DNA from: Candidatus Stahliibacteriota bacterium
GTDB taxonomy: Bacteria > Hydrothermota > UBA3073
Direction: 5' to 3'
Assembly (NCBI GenBank): GCA_030627085.1
Contig: DAOUSS010000001.1
Location: forward strand, 1 to 61,675
Length of the DNA stretch: 61,675 nucleotides
Below are positions 54,038-61,675 of the stretch, piece by piece. Position 1 is the first letter of the stretch. The number at the start of each line of letters is the position of its first letter. The position numbers and the translations under genes were made by a program. The notes under the pieces are model-generated. The model did not search any database. It saw nothing but the letters and a program-made list of their open reading frames with translations, and had not been told where the DNA came from.

Positions 54038-55927
54038 ATGAAAATCGACTACGCGAAGGAGTTGAACGAGGAACAGTACCGCTGTGTTATCGCTGGAGAC
54101 GGTCCTATTTATGTACTTGCAGGAGCAGGGTCTGGTAAAACCAGAGTACTCACATATCGCACTGCATGGCTCATTGAAAATGGAATCCCGCCAAACCGAA
54201 TAATGTTACTCACATTTACGAATAGGGCAGCAAGGGAGATGCTTACAAGAGTGGAGACTTTAACCGGATTAAATCTGAGAAACCTGTGGGGAGGCACATT
54301 TCATCACATTGGTAATCTGGTTTTACGCAGAATGGGAAAGTCTATTGGACTATCCCCTGATTATATGATAATTGACGAGAGTGATGCAAATTCGCTTTTA
54401 AACGAATGTAAAACGGCGTGTAGAATACCACAGGAGAGAAAATTCCCAAAAGCAAAGGTCCTAAAAGAGGTTATATCAAGCTCTATCAGTTCACTGCAGG
54501 ATATTCCAACGACACTCTCGGCAAGATTCCCATATCTCCTCGAATTTACTCCTGACATCGAGAGGATAGAAAAGGAATATAGAAAAAGGAAGAGAAAGCA
54601 AAACCTGATGGATTTTGACGATCTTCTCTACTACTGGCAACAGGTTCTATGTGATGGAAATCCAATATATAACTTTAACCACATACTCGTTGATGAGTAT
54701 CAGGATACAAACTTGCTTCAGGCAGAAATAACTGACAGGATGGCGGAGCAAGTCAGAAACATAATGGTGGTCGGTGATGATGCTCAGAGTATATACTCGT
54801 TCAGAGGAGCGGACTACAAAAATATAAGGGATTTCCCGTTACGCTATCCAGATACGAAGATATATAAATTGGAAACCAACTACAGAAGCACACCGCAGAT
54901 ACTTCATTTTGCAAATCAGATAATTGAAAGAAGCGATGCGCGCTTTAAAAAAAGACTTATTCCTGTCAGGAGCAACGGTGGTACTCCAACTGTAGTTGCT
55001 GTACGAGATCCTTATGAACAGGCAAGGTTCGTAGTTTATAAGGTCCAAGAATTAGCGGGTCAAGGAGTCCCATACAAAGATATAGGTATACTCTATAGAG
55101 CCCATTATCAGTCTGCAGAACTCGAAATTCAACTCTATAAATCAAATATTCCATATATTATAAGGTCGGGAGCCAGGTTTTTTGAAAGAGCACATATAAA
55201 AGATATCCTCTCATATCTTCGTGTGATTGTAAATCCAAGAGATTCGGTATCTTTCAAACGATTACTAAAACTTGAAGAAGGCATAGGCGATATAACTGCA
55301 GAGAAGATTTACGATAGAATAAGCTCTGTCCGCTCTCCTGTTCACAAATTTCTTTCAACTGAGCCAGAAGTGGCCGAAAAGGCGGTCCCCGGGATAAAGA
55401 ATGCACAAAAGATTCTCAGCAGTATAATAAAGCTCTCTCCGTCTGAGGCGATAAAATTCATATTTGAATCAGGATATAAAGAATATCTTAGACTTACCTA
55501 TCCAGATGTGGACGAACGAAAAGAGGACATAAGTGTCCTTATTGAAATTGCAAGAGAATACAGATCGCTTACGAGATTCTTGTCAGAGATTACTCTCTCA
55601 GAGCCTGCAACAGGAGAGGACACCTATTTTATACAGAGAGGCAATGATAGTGTGGTGCTTTCTACCATTCACCGCGCAAAGGGCATTGAGTGGGATACCG
55701 TATTCCTCATATACGCCTGCGATGGAGGACTTCCTATCTCAAGGAGTTATGAATCTATAGAACAATATGAGGAAGAAAGAAGATTGTTTTATGTTGCTGT
55801 CACAAGGGCAAAAAGAGAATTGTATATAACATACCCTATGCGCTCATCGAGAGCAAAGGCATATCTTTCCGCCTCTCCTTTCCTAAAGGAACTGGACGAG
55901 GATGCATACAAGATGATGTGGCTGTAA
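54038..55927 (+). CDS. UvrD/PcrA/Rep-family ATP-dependent DNA helicase (short form, 629 aa)
   Basis: Walker A AGAGSGKT, motif II VDEYQDTN, motif V/VI (STIHRAKGIEWD, YVAVTRAK). Confidence 0.9.
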   Translation: MKIDYAKELNEEQYRCVIAGDGPIYVLAGAGSGKTRVLTYRTAWLIENGIPPNRIMLLTFTNRAAREMLTRVETLTGLNLRNLWGGTFHHIGNLVLRRMGKSIGLSPDYMIIDESDANSLLNECKTACRIPQERKFPKAKVLKEVISSSISSLQDIPTTLSARFPYLLEFTPDIERIEKEYRKRKRKQNLMDFDDLLYYWQQVLCDGNPIYNFNHILVDEYQDTNLLQAEITDRMAEQVRNIMVVGDDAQSIYSFRGADYKNIRDFPLRYPDTKIYKLETNYRSTPQILHFANQIIERSDARFKKRLIPVRSNGGTPTVVAVRDPYEQARFVVYKVQELAGQGVPYKDIGILYRAHYQSAELEIQLYKSNIPYIIRSGARFFERAHIKDILSYLRVIVNPRDSVSFKRLLKLEEGIGDITAEKIYDRISSVRSPVHKFLSTEPEVAEKAVPGIKNAQKILSSIIKLSPSEAIKFIFESGYKEYLRLTYPDVDERKEDISVLIEIAREYRSLTRFLSEITLSEPATGEDTYFIQRGNDSVVLSTIHRAKGIEWDTVFLIYACDGGLPISRSYESIEQYEEERRLFYVAVTRAKRELYITYPMRSSRAKAYLSASPFLKELDEDAYKMMWL

Positions 55928-55941
55928 AAGTGAGAATCATT

Positions 55942-56070
55942 GGACGCAGATTAACGCAGATAAGGACAGATAAAGACAGTAATTAGGTCATTAGGTAATT
56001 ATGTCATTAACTATCTGCATCATCGGTCAAGCAATCTTTTAATGACTTAATGACCTAATAACTCAATAAC
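55942..56070. repeat. repeat block: acgcagatta 10-bp array plus ggtcatt/aatgacc hairpin
   Basis: ggacgcagattaacgcagataaggacagataaagacag (55942-55979). aattaggtcattaggtaattatgtcattaa (55981-56010) pairs with ttaatgacttaatgacctaataactcaataac (56039-56070). Confidence 0.8.
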
Positions 56071-56120
56071 TTTAGCATATCCGTGTAAATCAGTGTCTAA
56101 AAAGAATTTGATTTGTCTAT

Positions 56121-58403
56121 ATGGAGATATTAAAGATTATAGTTGTTGCTGTACTGGCAGGATTTGCACTATCCGCGTTGGTGCTTATTAGTATGGCATT
56201 GTACCGTAATCTAAATAAACTTGACAGAGGCAAGAGAATATTCATAATGAGATTCCTCTCTATACTACTCTCTATCCTCATTTTCGTGAGCCTAGCGACA
56301 TACGCAAAAACAGATTACATACGGAAAGGAATAATGGGCTTTTCTCCTGCAGAAAGCATCACTAATCGATGTGGTGTAGTTGGTGCCTTTATCTCTTACA
56401 TTCTCTTTACATTGTTTGGTACAGTTGCTTATATCATTCCAGTTATCTTGTTTATATGGGGAGTAATAAAACCCATCTATTACGGGCGATATCTACTGTG
56501 GAATGCATACATAGCTGTTCTTGTCGTATTTTTTGATATAATATTTGAGATTGTGCCTCGCTTTTATGGCGGACTGATAGGCTCCAATCTGCTATCTTTC
56601 TTTGTAAAATGGCTTGGGAATATAGGAACATATGCACTGCTCGCATTCATCTTTGCCGGACTTCTGTATATGGTACCTGCCGTGAGAAACCGTAGAAGAA
56701 AGACAAAACCTACTAAAGAGGTTTCCATAAAACAAAAGAGAAAAAAGCATCCAGAGATTGAACCAGAAAGGATTTCACAGCCTCCTGTAAAAATTAGACC
56801 TCGAAAACCTGTTGGCATAAATTTCTGGGAAAGATTTCTCTCTATTTTACATGAGCCGGAAGAGGAGCATATAAGTATTACGGAAGAAGAACTCAACAGA
56901 AATGCAAAGTTGATAGAGGAAAGGTTCGAGGAATTTGATGTATCGGGAAAGATAATTGGAATATCACCGGGCCCGGTCGTCACGCGATATGAGTATAAGC
57001 CCGCCCCCGGTATAAAGGTATCAAAGATAGAATCACTCGCTGACGACATTGCCCTTTCTATGAAAGCATCAAGAGTGCGCATCGTTGCGCCAATTTCAGG
57101 GAGTTCTGCCATAGGGATAGAAGTTCCCAACACTACACGGAAAAATGTGTATCTCAAACAGCTTCTTACCAACGAGAGATTTACCTCATCAAAATCTAAG
57201 CTCACCACCGTTATGGGTGTTGACATAGCAGGAATACCTATATGCTCGGATATACAGACGATGCCACACCTTCTGATCGCAGGAGCAACTGGCTCGGGCA
57301 AGAGTGTGTTTATAAACACAATCATAGCCAGCATTCTCTCAAAGGCAGACCCCGATGATGTTAGATTTGTTATGATAGATCCAAAGAGGATAGAACTTCC
57401 GATGTATAACAGCATTCCGCATTTGATCCATCCTGTGATAGCAGACGCAAGAAAGGCGCTCGATGTCCTCAAGGAGATCCTTGAATGGATGGATACAAGA
57501 TACAGGGAATTTGCAAGAGCAGGAGTGAGAGATATCGAGGGTTATAATACCAGATCACAGACAAAAAAACCATACATCGTGATAATAGTGGACGAACTTG
57601 CAGATCTTATGTTGACAGCACCGAGAGAGATAGAGGAGACGCTGACAAGACTTGCACAGATGTCAAGAGCGGTGGGTATACATCTTGTCCTCGCTACCCA
57701 GAGACCATCTGTGGATGTAATCACAGGACTTATAAAGGCAAACTTTCCTGCAAGGGTTGCATTCCAAGTGGCATCAAAGACAGATTCAAGGACAATACTC
57801 GATATGAACGGAGCGGAAAAACTCCTGGGAAGAGGTGATATGCTGTTTTTACCTCCGGGAAAGGGTGAACCTGAAAGACTACATGGGGCATACATATCGA
57901 CTGAAGAAGCAAAAGGGATTGCAAACCTATGGGCAGAGAGATGGCTGAATGAGCTCCTATCAGAGTTTGAAAACTGCGGGGAACTCACCCAAATGATCAT
58001 TGAATATGACCTTGTCGATTCAATAGTAAATCCCGATATGCCTGGTGCAATGGAAAGAATAGGAAATTTCTCTGTGGAAGCAGAAACAGCGCTTGATGTG
58101 GATGTTGGTACTCTCAGATCAACTCTATTAAACATTGATTATTATCCTCTCCTTACGGAAATGAAAATAATAGCAGAGGAGAAAGAATTATTCAAAGAAA
58201 GTCTTGGAGAGGTGGATGAACTGTTTGATGATGCAAAGAAACTTGTAATAAGGCATCAGGTAGCGTCTGTATCCCTCCTTCAGAGGCATTTCAAGATTGG
58301 ATATGCAAGGGCGGGTAGGATAATAGACCAGTTAGAAAAGGCGGGCATAATTGGTCCTTACCAGGGAAGTAAATCAAGAGATGTTCTGATTGAACTAGAG
58401 TAG
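56121..58403 (+). CDS. ftsK: DNA translocase FtsK
   Basis: N-terminal TM helices, linker, Walker A AGATGSGKS, Walker B IVIIVDELADL, C-terminal gamma winged-helix (SLLQRHFKIGYARAGRIIDQLE). Confidence 0.95.
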   Translation: MEILKIIVVAVLAGFALSALVLISMALYRNLNKLDRGKRIFIMRFLSILLSILIFVSLATYAKTDYIRKGIMGFSPAESITNRCGVVGAFISYILFTLFGTVAYIIPVILFIWGVIKPIYYGRYLLWNAYIAVLVVFFDIIFEIVPRFYGGLIGSNLLSFFVKWLGNIGTYALLAFIFAGLLYMVPAVRNRRRKTKPTKEVSIKQKRKKHPEIEPERISQPPVKIRPRKPVGINFWERFLSILHEPEEEHISITEEELNRNAKLIEERFEEFDVSGKIIGISPGPVVTRYEYKPAPGIKVSKIESLADDIALSMKASRVRIVAPISGSSAIGIEVPNTTRKNVYLKQLLTNERFTSSKSKLTTVMGVDIAGIPICSDIQTMPHLLIAGATGSGKSVFINTIIASILSKADPDDVRFVMIDPKRIELPMYNSIPHLIHPVIADARKALDVLKEILEWMDTRYREFARAGVRDIEGYNTRSQTKKPYIVIIVDELADLMLTAPREIEETLTRLAQMSRAVGIHLVLATQRPSVDVITGLIKANFPARVAFQVASKTDSRTILDMNGAEKLLGRGDMLFLPPGKGEPERLHGAYISTEEAKGIANLWAERWLNELLSEFENCGELTQMIIEYDLVDSIVNPDMPGAMERIGNFSVEAETALDVDVGTLRSTLLNIDYYPLLTEMKIIAEEKELFKESLGEVDELFDDAKKLVIRHQVASVSLLQRHFKIGYARAGRIIDQLEKAGIIGPYQGSKSRDVLIELE

Positions 58404-58503
58404 GCAAGTAGGGCAAAGTCGCGTCTTTAGACGGGATTCCGCGGAACTTCAGTATTGCGATAAACTATGCAGTGAATTGTCAAGTGCAAATTAGTGATCA
58501 GTA

Positions 58504-59733
58504 ATGGCAAAGGCTATTTATATATCTGCAACAGAGAAAAATGCAGGCAAAACATCCATTTCCATCGGTTTAATAAAGTATCTGACGGAGAAAGGTATGA
58601 GGGTAGGTTTTATGAAACCTCTTGCACAGAGATATGTAGAGGTGAACGGTGGAAGGTTTAGCGAGGATGCTGTTCTTGTGAAGAGGATATTCGAACTTCC
58701 ATATAGACTTGAGGATATGAGTCCTGTTATAGTAGATAAAGGTCTAACAGAGGAATACATAACAAAAAAGAGGAGATCCTTCAAGAGGCGGATAGTTTCT
58801 GCATTCAGAAGGATAGCACAGGATAGTGATTTTGTTGTAGTTGAAGGAACTGGACACGCAGGAGTAGGTTCTTGCCTTGATATGTCAAATCCAGATGTTG
58901 CAAAGGCGATTTCAGCGCCCATTCTTATGGTGGCAGAGGGAGGCATAGGAAATACCATTGACAGAATAATGCTTAATAGAAGTCTTTTTGAGTTGAAGGG
59001 AGTCAGGATACTGGGTATTATGATAAATAAGGTAAGGGAAGATAAGTATGAGAAAATACAGAATGTACTAAGGACAGCACTTGGAACTAAGGGTATGCAT
59101 ACATTCGGGTTCATCCCTTATATCTGTCATCTTGCAACACCCACAATAGCTCAAATAGGAGAAGAAACCAATGCTACAGTGATCTCTGGTGAGGAGGGCC
59201 TGGAAGAAGAAATAAATGATATAACAGTTGCGACGATGGAACCCCATGCTGTGCTTGATCTTATTCTGAATTCGGAGAAGAATCTCTTCCTTATCACATC
59301 GTCTGACAGGTTGGATGTACTCCTTGCTATTGTTGCTGCCTTTTTTGAAGGAGCAAAGAATTTAAAAGGGATTTTGCTCTCCGGAAACAACCTACCACCT
59401 GCAAACATTCTGCATGCCCTTAAAAAGACAGGTATTCCTGTGCTTATAGCAAGAGTAGGTGTTTATACACTTGCATCCATGCTTTCAAATCTTACTGTCA
59501 AGATAACACCTGGGGATAACAAAAGGATAGAATCTCTACATAAACTAACAGAAAAACATATTGATATCGAACTGATCATGAGACAGATGGAGAGAGAAAA
59601 GGAGATACCCCTAGGGTTTATGGGATGGTGGAGAAAGATATTAAAGAGCATCTTCAAATTTCTATGGGAGTTAGTGCAGGGAATCCCATCCTCAAAGAAA
59701 TCAAAGTGCAAAAATCAAAATGTAAAATTATAG
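58504..59733 (+). CDS. P-loop (BioD/CobQ-like) plus DRTGG-type domain protein resembling the N-terminal regulatory half of phosphotransacetylase
   Basis: IYISATEKNAGKTSISIGLIKYL..GFMKP P-loop and VVEGTGHAGVGS. There is no PTA catalytic domain. The C-terminal tail is amphipathic and basic. Confidence 0.55.
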   Translation: MAKAIYISATEKNAGKTSISIGLIKYLTEKGMRVGFMKPLAQRYVEVNGGRFSEDAVLVKRIFELPYRLEDMSPVIVDKGLTEEYITKKRRSFKRRIVSAFRRIAQDSDFVVVEGTGHAGVGSCLDMSNPDVAKAISAPILMVAEGGIGNTIDRIMLNRSLFELKGVRILGIMINKVREDKYEKIQNVLRTALGTKGMHTFGFIPYICHLATPTIAQIGEETNATVISGEEGLEEEINDITVATMEPHAVLDLILNSEKNLFLITSSDRLDVLLAIVAAFFEGAKNLKGILLSGNNLPPANILHALKKTGIPVLIARVGVYTLASMLSNLTVKITPGDNKRIESLHKLTEKHIDIELIMRQMEREKEIPLGFMGWWRKILKSIFKFLWELVQGIPSSKKSKCKNQNVKL

Positions 59734-59736
59734 ATT

Positions 59737-60066
59737 TTAAGCTTTACTTTTACCCTGATAGACCAGCTCGCACTCTATACAGTCAACTCTGCCACCAATT
59801 GGGGGATGCGGTTTGCGGACTCTTACAGTAAGACTGTTAGGTGTATATCTATCTGCAAGGATGGAGAGAAGTTTCTTTCCTATATCCTCAATGAAGGTAT
59901 AAGAAGAACTTTCCACTGTATCCTTTATTAGATTGTATACTTCTTTCAGATCTACAAATTTATCGGCATCAACGCTCACATCTACATCTATCTCCCTCTT
60001 TCCCTTTCTTTCCTCCTCACTAATGCCTATTTTTGTATACAATTTTATCCCTGATATAGTAAGCAT
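59737..60066 (-). CDS. folB: dihydroneopterin aldolase-family protein
   Basis: 109 aa. ISGIKLYTKIGISEEERKGKREIDVDVSV and ...LTVRVRKPHPPIG match the FolB tunnel-fold pattern. Confidence 0.7.
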   Translation of the reverse strand: MLTISGIKLYTKIGISEEERKGKREIDVDVSVDADKFVDLKEVYNLIKDTVESSSYTFIEDIGKKLLSILADRYTPNSLTVRVRKPHPPIGGRVDCIECELVYQGKSKA

Positions 60067-60131
60067 AATAAAAAAGGTAATTATAAAAGTTTTGGCACTA
60101 ACTGGCTAAAGATAGTAGCATACAGATCTAA

Positions 60132-60158
60132 TCCCCATTATGTTTTTTAGGCAGATTG
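60132..60158 (+). repeat. 27-bp perfect direct repeat, copy 1
   Basis: tccccattatgttttttaggcagattg, identical to 61609-61635. Confidence 0.95.
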
Positions 60159-60386
60159 CAGATTTATTTGTGGGAGGCATCCCCTGATGCCGATAATCCA
60201 ATTGCGGGCAGAGTCAAGGTCAGGAGACCTTCCCCACAAAAAACATACGGGATACCCTTTTCTTTGCTTCGTCCCGCATTTTGCGGGATGAAGACAATAA
60301 ATACAAAACAAGAATACAGCTCAGTATAAGCACCTTTCGAGTGTCAAATCTTTTATAAGCATCTAAAAAAATCGGTCTTTGTGTGT

Positions 60387-61274
60387 TTATCTTCTGAATA
60401 TTTTTCCCAGTCTGTAAAATATCGTTCGTTTCATTTTTCGCCTTATTTCGGGCAAGGCACGAGTTGCCGCTTCTCTCCCTTTTTGAATGCAAAAATCCAG
60501 TTTTCTATAGTCTGCCCAGTGAATATCTTTAACATTCGGCGAGATAACCACATCTGCCTCATCCAATTCTTTCTTTGTCAATCTATATTTTACTATCTCA
60601 TCCACTCTGAAGTTTATATCAAGACCCGTCTTAAATACAGAACAAATTTCCGGTGGCGAAGCCAGATTGGATGTAATAATTAAATCTGCTCCCATCTCTT
60701 TTACTACTCTGACAGGTACATTTTGGGTAGCACCACCATCGACCAAAATACACCCTTCTTTTTCCAGATATGGAAATAATCCAGGTATTGCAATGCTGGC
60801 ATATACTGCAGGAAGAAGAGGCCCCTCATTTATTACGATATCCTTTCCTGTTACGATATCTATCGCGGTCACGCTAAAGCGGATTTTTGTATCCTCAAAT
60901 CTCTTCTCGTTGAGGGTTTCTTCAAGCAATTTTTCTATCTTTTCTCCATCAACAATGAACGGGCGGAATAATGCTTTCCCGTAAGTGTATTTTTCCTTTA
61001 TAAATGTGGTTATCCTCTTTAAGAGGTTGTAATCTCTATTCTCGAATATGCTAATCCCTATATTCTTGAATGTATCGGAAGAGAGAACTTCTTCCGCTTT
61101 TACTTTAAGTAAAGAAGCATCGGGGCTAAGGGAATACATTGCACCAACTACCGCCCCTATACTTGTCCCAGATATAAAGTTAATAGGGATATTCTCTTCC
61201 TGCAGGACCTGCAGCACACCAATATGCGCAAGCCCTTTGGCAGAGCCACCCCCAAGTGCAAGACCGATCTTCAT
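60387..61274 (-). CDS. patatin-like phospholipase (RssA-like)
   Basis: GLALGGGSAKGLAH (oxyanion hole), GTSIG (GxSxG nucleophile), VDGGATQN (catalytic Asp). Confidence 0.9.
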   Translation of the reverse strand: MKIGLALGGGSAKGLAHIGVLQVLQEENIPINFISGTSIGAVVGAMYSLSPDASLLKVKAEEVLSSDTFKNIGISIFENRDYNLLKRITTFIKEKYTYGKALFRPFIVDGEKIEKLLEETLNEKRFEDTKIRFSVTAIDIVTGKDIVINEGPLLPAVYASIAIPGLFPYLEKEGCILVDGGATQNVPVRVVKEMGADLIITSNLASPPEICSVFKTGLDINFRVDEIVKYRLTKKELDEADVVISPNVKDIHWADYRKLDFCIQKGREAATRALPEIRRKMKRTIFYRLGKIFRR

Positions 61275-61389
61275 CTTTTATCTCCGGTTATTTATAATCC
61301 CCTATTTCAGCCACTAATTTCACAGATTTCTATATGCCTTTAAAAATAGTTATCTCTGTGTTGATCCCTCCTACAATTCTTTTAATAAA

Positions 61390-61418
61390 AATATACCACA
61401 AAAATACTGTTTTGTCAA
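61390..61418 (-). promoter_or_regulatory. sigma70-type promoter TTGACA-N17-TATATT with TGn (minus strand) for the patatin gene
   Basis: Plus-strand aatata 61390-61395 (reads tggtatatt on the minus strand) and tgtcaa 61413-61418. Confidence 0.55.
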
Positions 61419-61608
61419 GAAAAAAGACACCACGAATTACACAAATCAATCGAATGCACACAAATCTACCTATCGGTAGATAGGTAACATAAAAACACCT
61501 CAAAAATAGGGAATGTCCCAAAGCGTCGTGATAGAAATAGAATGAATCCATTGATACAGGCTTTCGGTTCGGCTGAGCTCACCGAAGTCCAACTTTTTGT
61601 TCATTGGA

Positions 61609-61635
61609 TTCCCCATTATGTTTTTTAGGCAGATT
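61609..61635 (+). repeat. 27-bp perfect direct repeat, copy 2
   Basis: tccccattatgttttttaggcagattg, identical to 60132-60158. Confidence 0.95.
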
Positions 61636-61675
61636 GTGAGTCGTTGGCGTTAAGATTTCCAGGTGTCTGAGCGAA

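Noticed and set aside
56564-57472. Very long antisense ORFs opposite strongly supported genes: 302 aa opposite ftsK; also 57542-58135, 58518-59114, 13261-13824, 33369-33923, 29536-30045, 14771-15205 and 9513-10127.
   Set aside because: Each lies fully inside a gene with clear catalytic motifs on the other strand. Their products are low-complexity (Ser/Pro/Ile/Phe-rich) and have no RBS. Such open antisense frames are expected when the coding strand is purine-rich with few TTA/CTA/TCA codons in the corresponding frame.
60387-61274. Patatin-like phospholipase as a CBASS (CapV) or other defense effector.
   Set aside because: No CD-NTase, cyclase, SMODS/SAVED or other defense-associated gene is adjacent. 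The neighbours are folB and repeat DNA, and the protein looks like an ordinary RssA-type patatin.

Overview
AT-rich 61.7-kb chromosomal window from what looks like an uncultivated Gram-negative bacterium. A PorV/PorQ-like barrel, TolC-RND efflux genes and YfhO/GT2 surface glycosylation genes hint at the FCB-group candidate phyla, but taxonomy cannot be fixed from this window. I support about 53 protein genes, one initiator tRNA and two gene remnants. Most genes are housekeeping: gyrB, trpS, era, gatB, eno, fabH, pyrR-pyrB-pyrC, ftsK, a UvrD-like helicase, thiE, maf and folB. There are four functional blocks. (a) A porin, secreted-protein and metallophosphoesterase cluster. (b) A tightly packed operon: small subunit, SSS transporter, DUF89, G3P-dehydrogenase-like, NOX-like and DUF1667. 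(c) A tolC-[four-helix-bundle ORF]-MFP-RND efflux operon. (d) A 10-kb surface-glycan locus with GT2, DUF354, epimerase, CapK-like ligase, GT4, methyltransferase, Wzx and YfhO. I found no rRNA, CRISPR array, cas gene, transposase, integrase or prophage genes. The unusual signal lies outside the genes. Almost every intergenic spacer is made of locus-specific 7-10 bp words repeated in tandem and then repeated again as their reverse complement. This gives long imperfect hairpins that sit between near-consensus promoters and start codons or between cistrons. Some share conserved CCACAGAG-type termini and so resemble MITEs. Some bracket whole small ORFs (four-helix-bundle/'23S IVS protein' and GxxExxY) in the way 23S rRNA intervening sequences do. 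Some run in-frame into CDS ends (PyrB, PyrC, YfhO). Two adjacent secreted-protein genes are each bracketed by a 24-27 nt inverted repeat that contains a Shine-Dalgarno / anti-Shine-Dalgarno pair, next to a duplicated porin 3' end. All functional calls rest on motif recognition by eye, and no database search was run.
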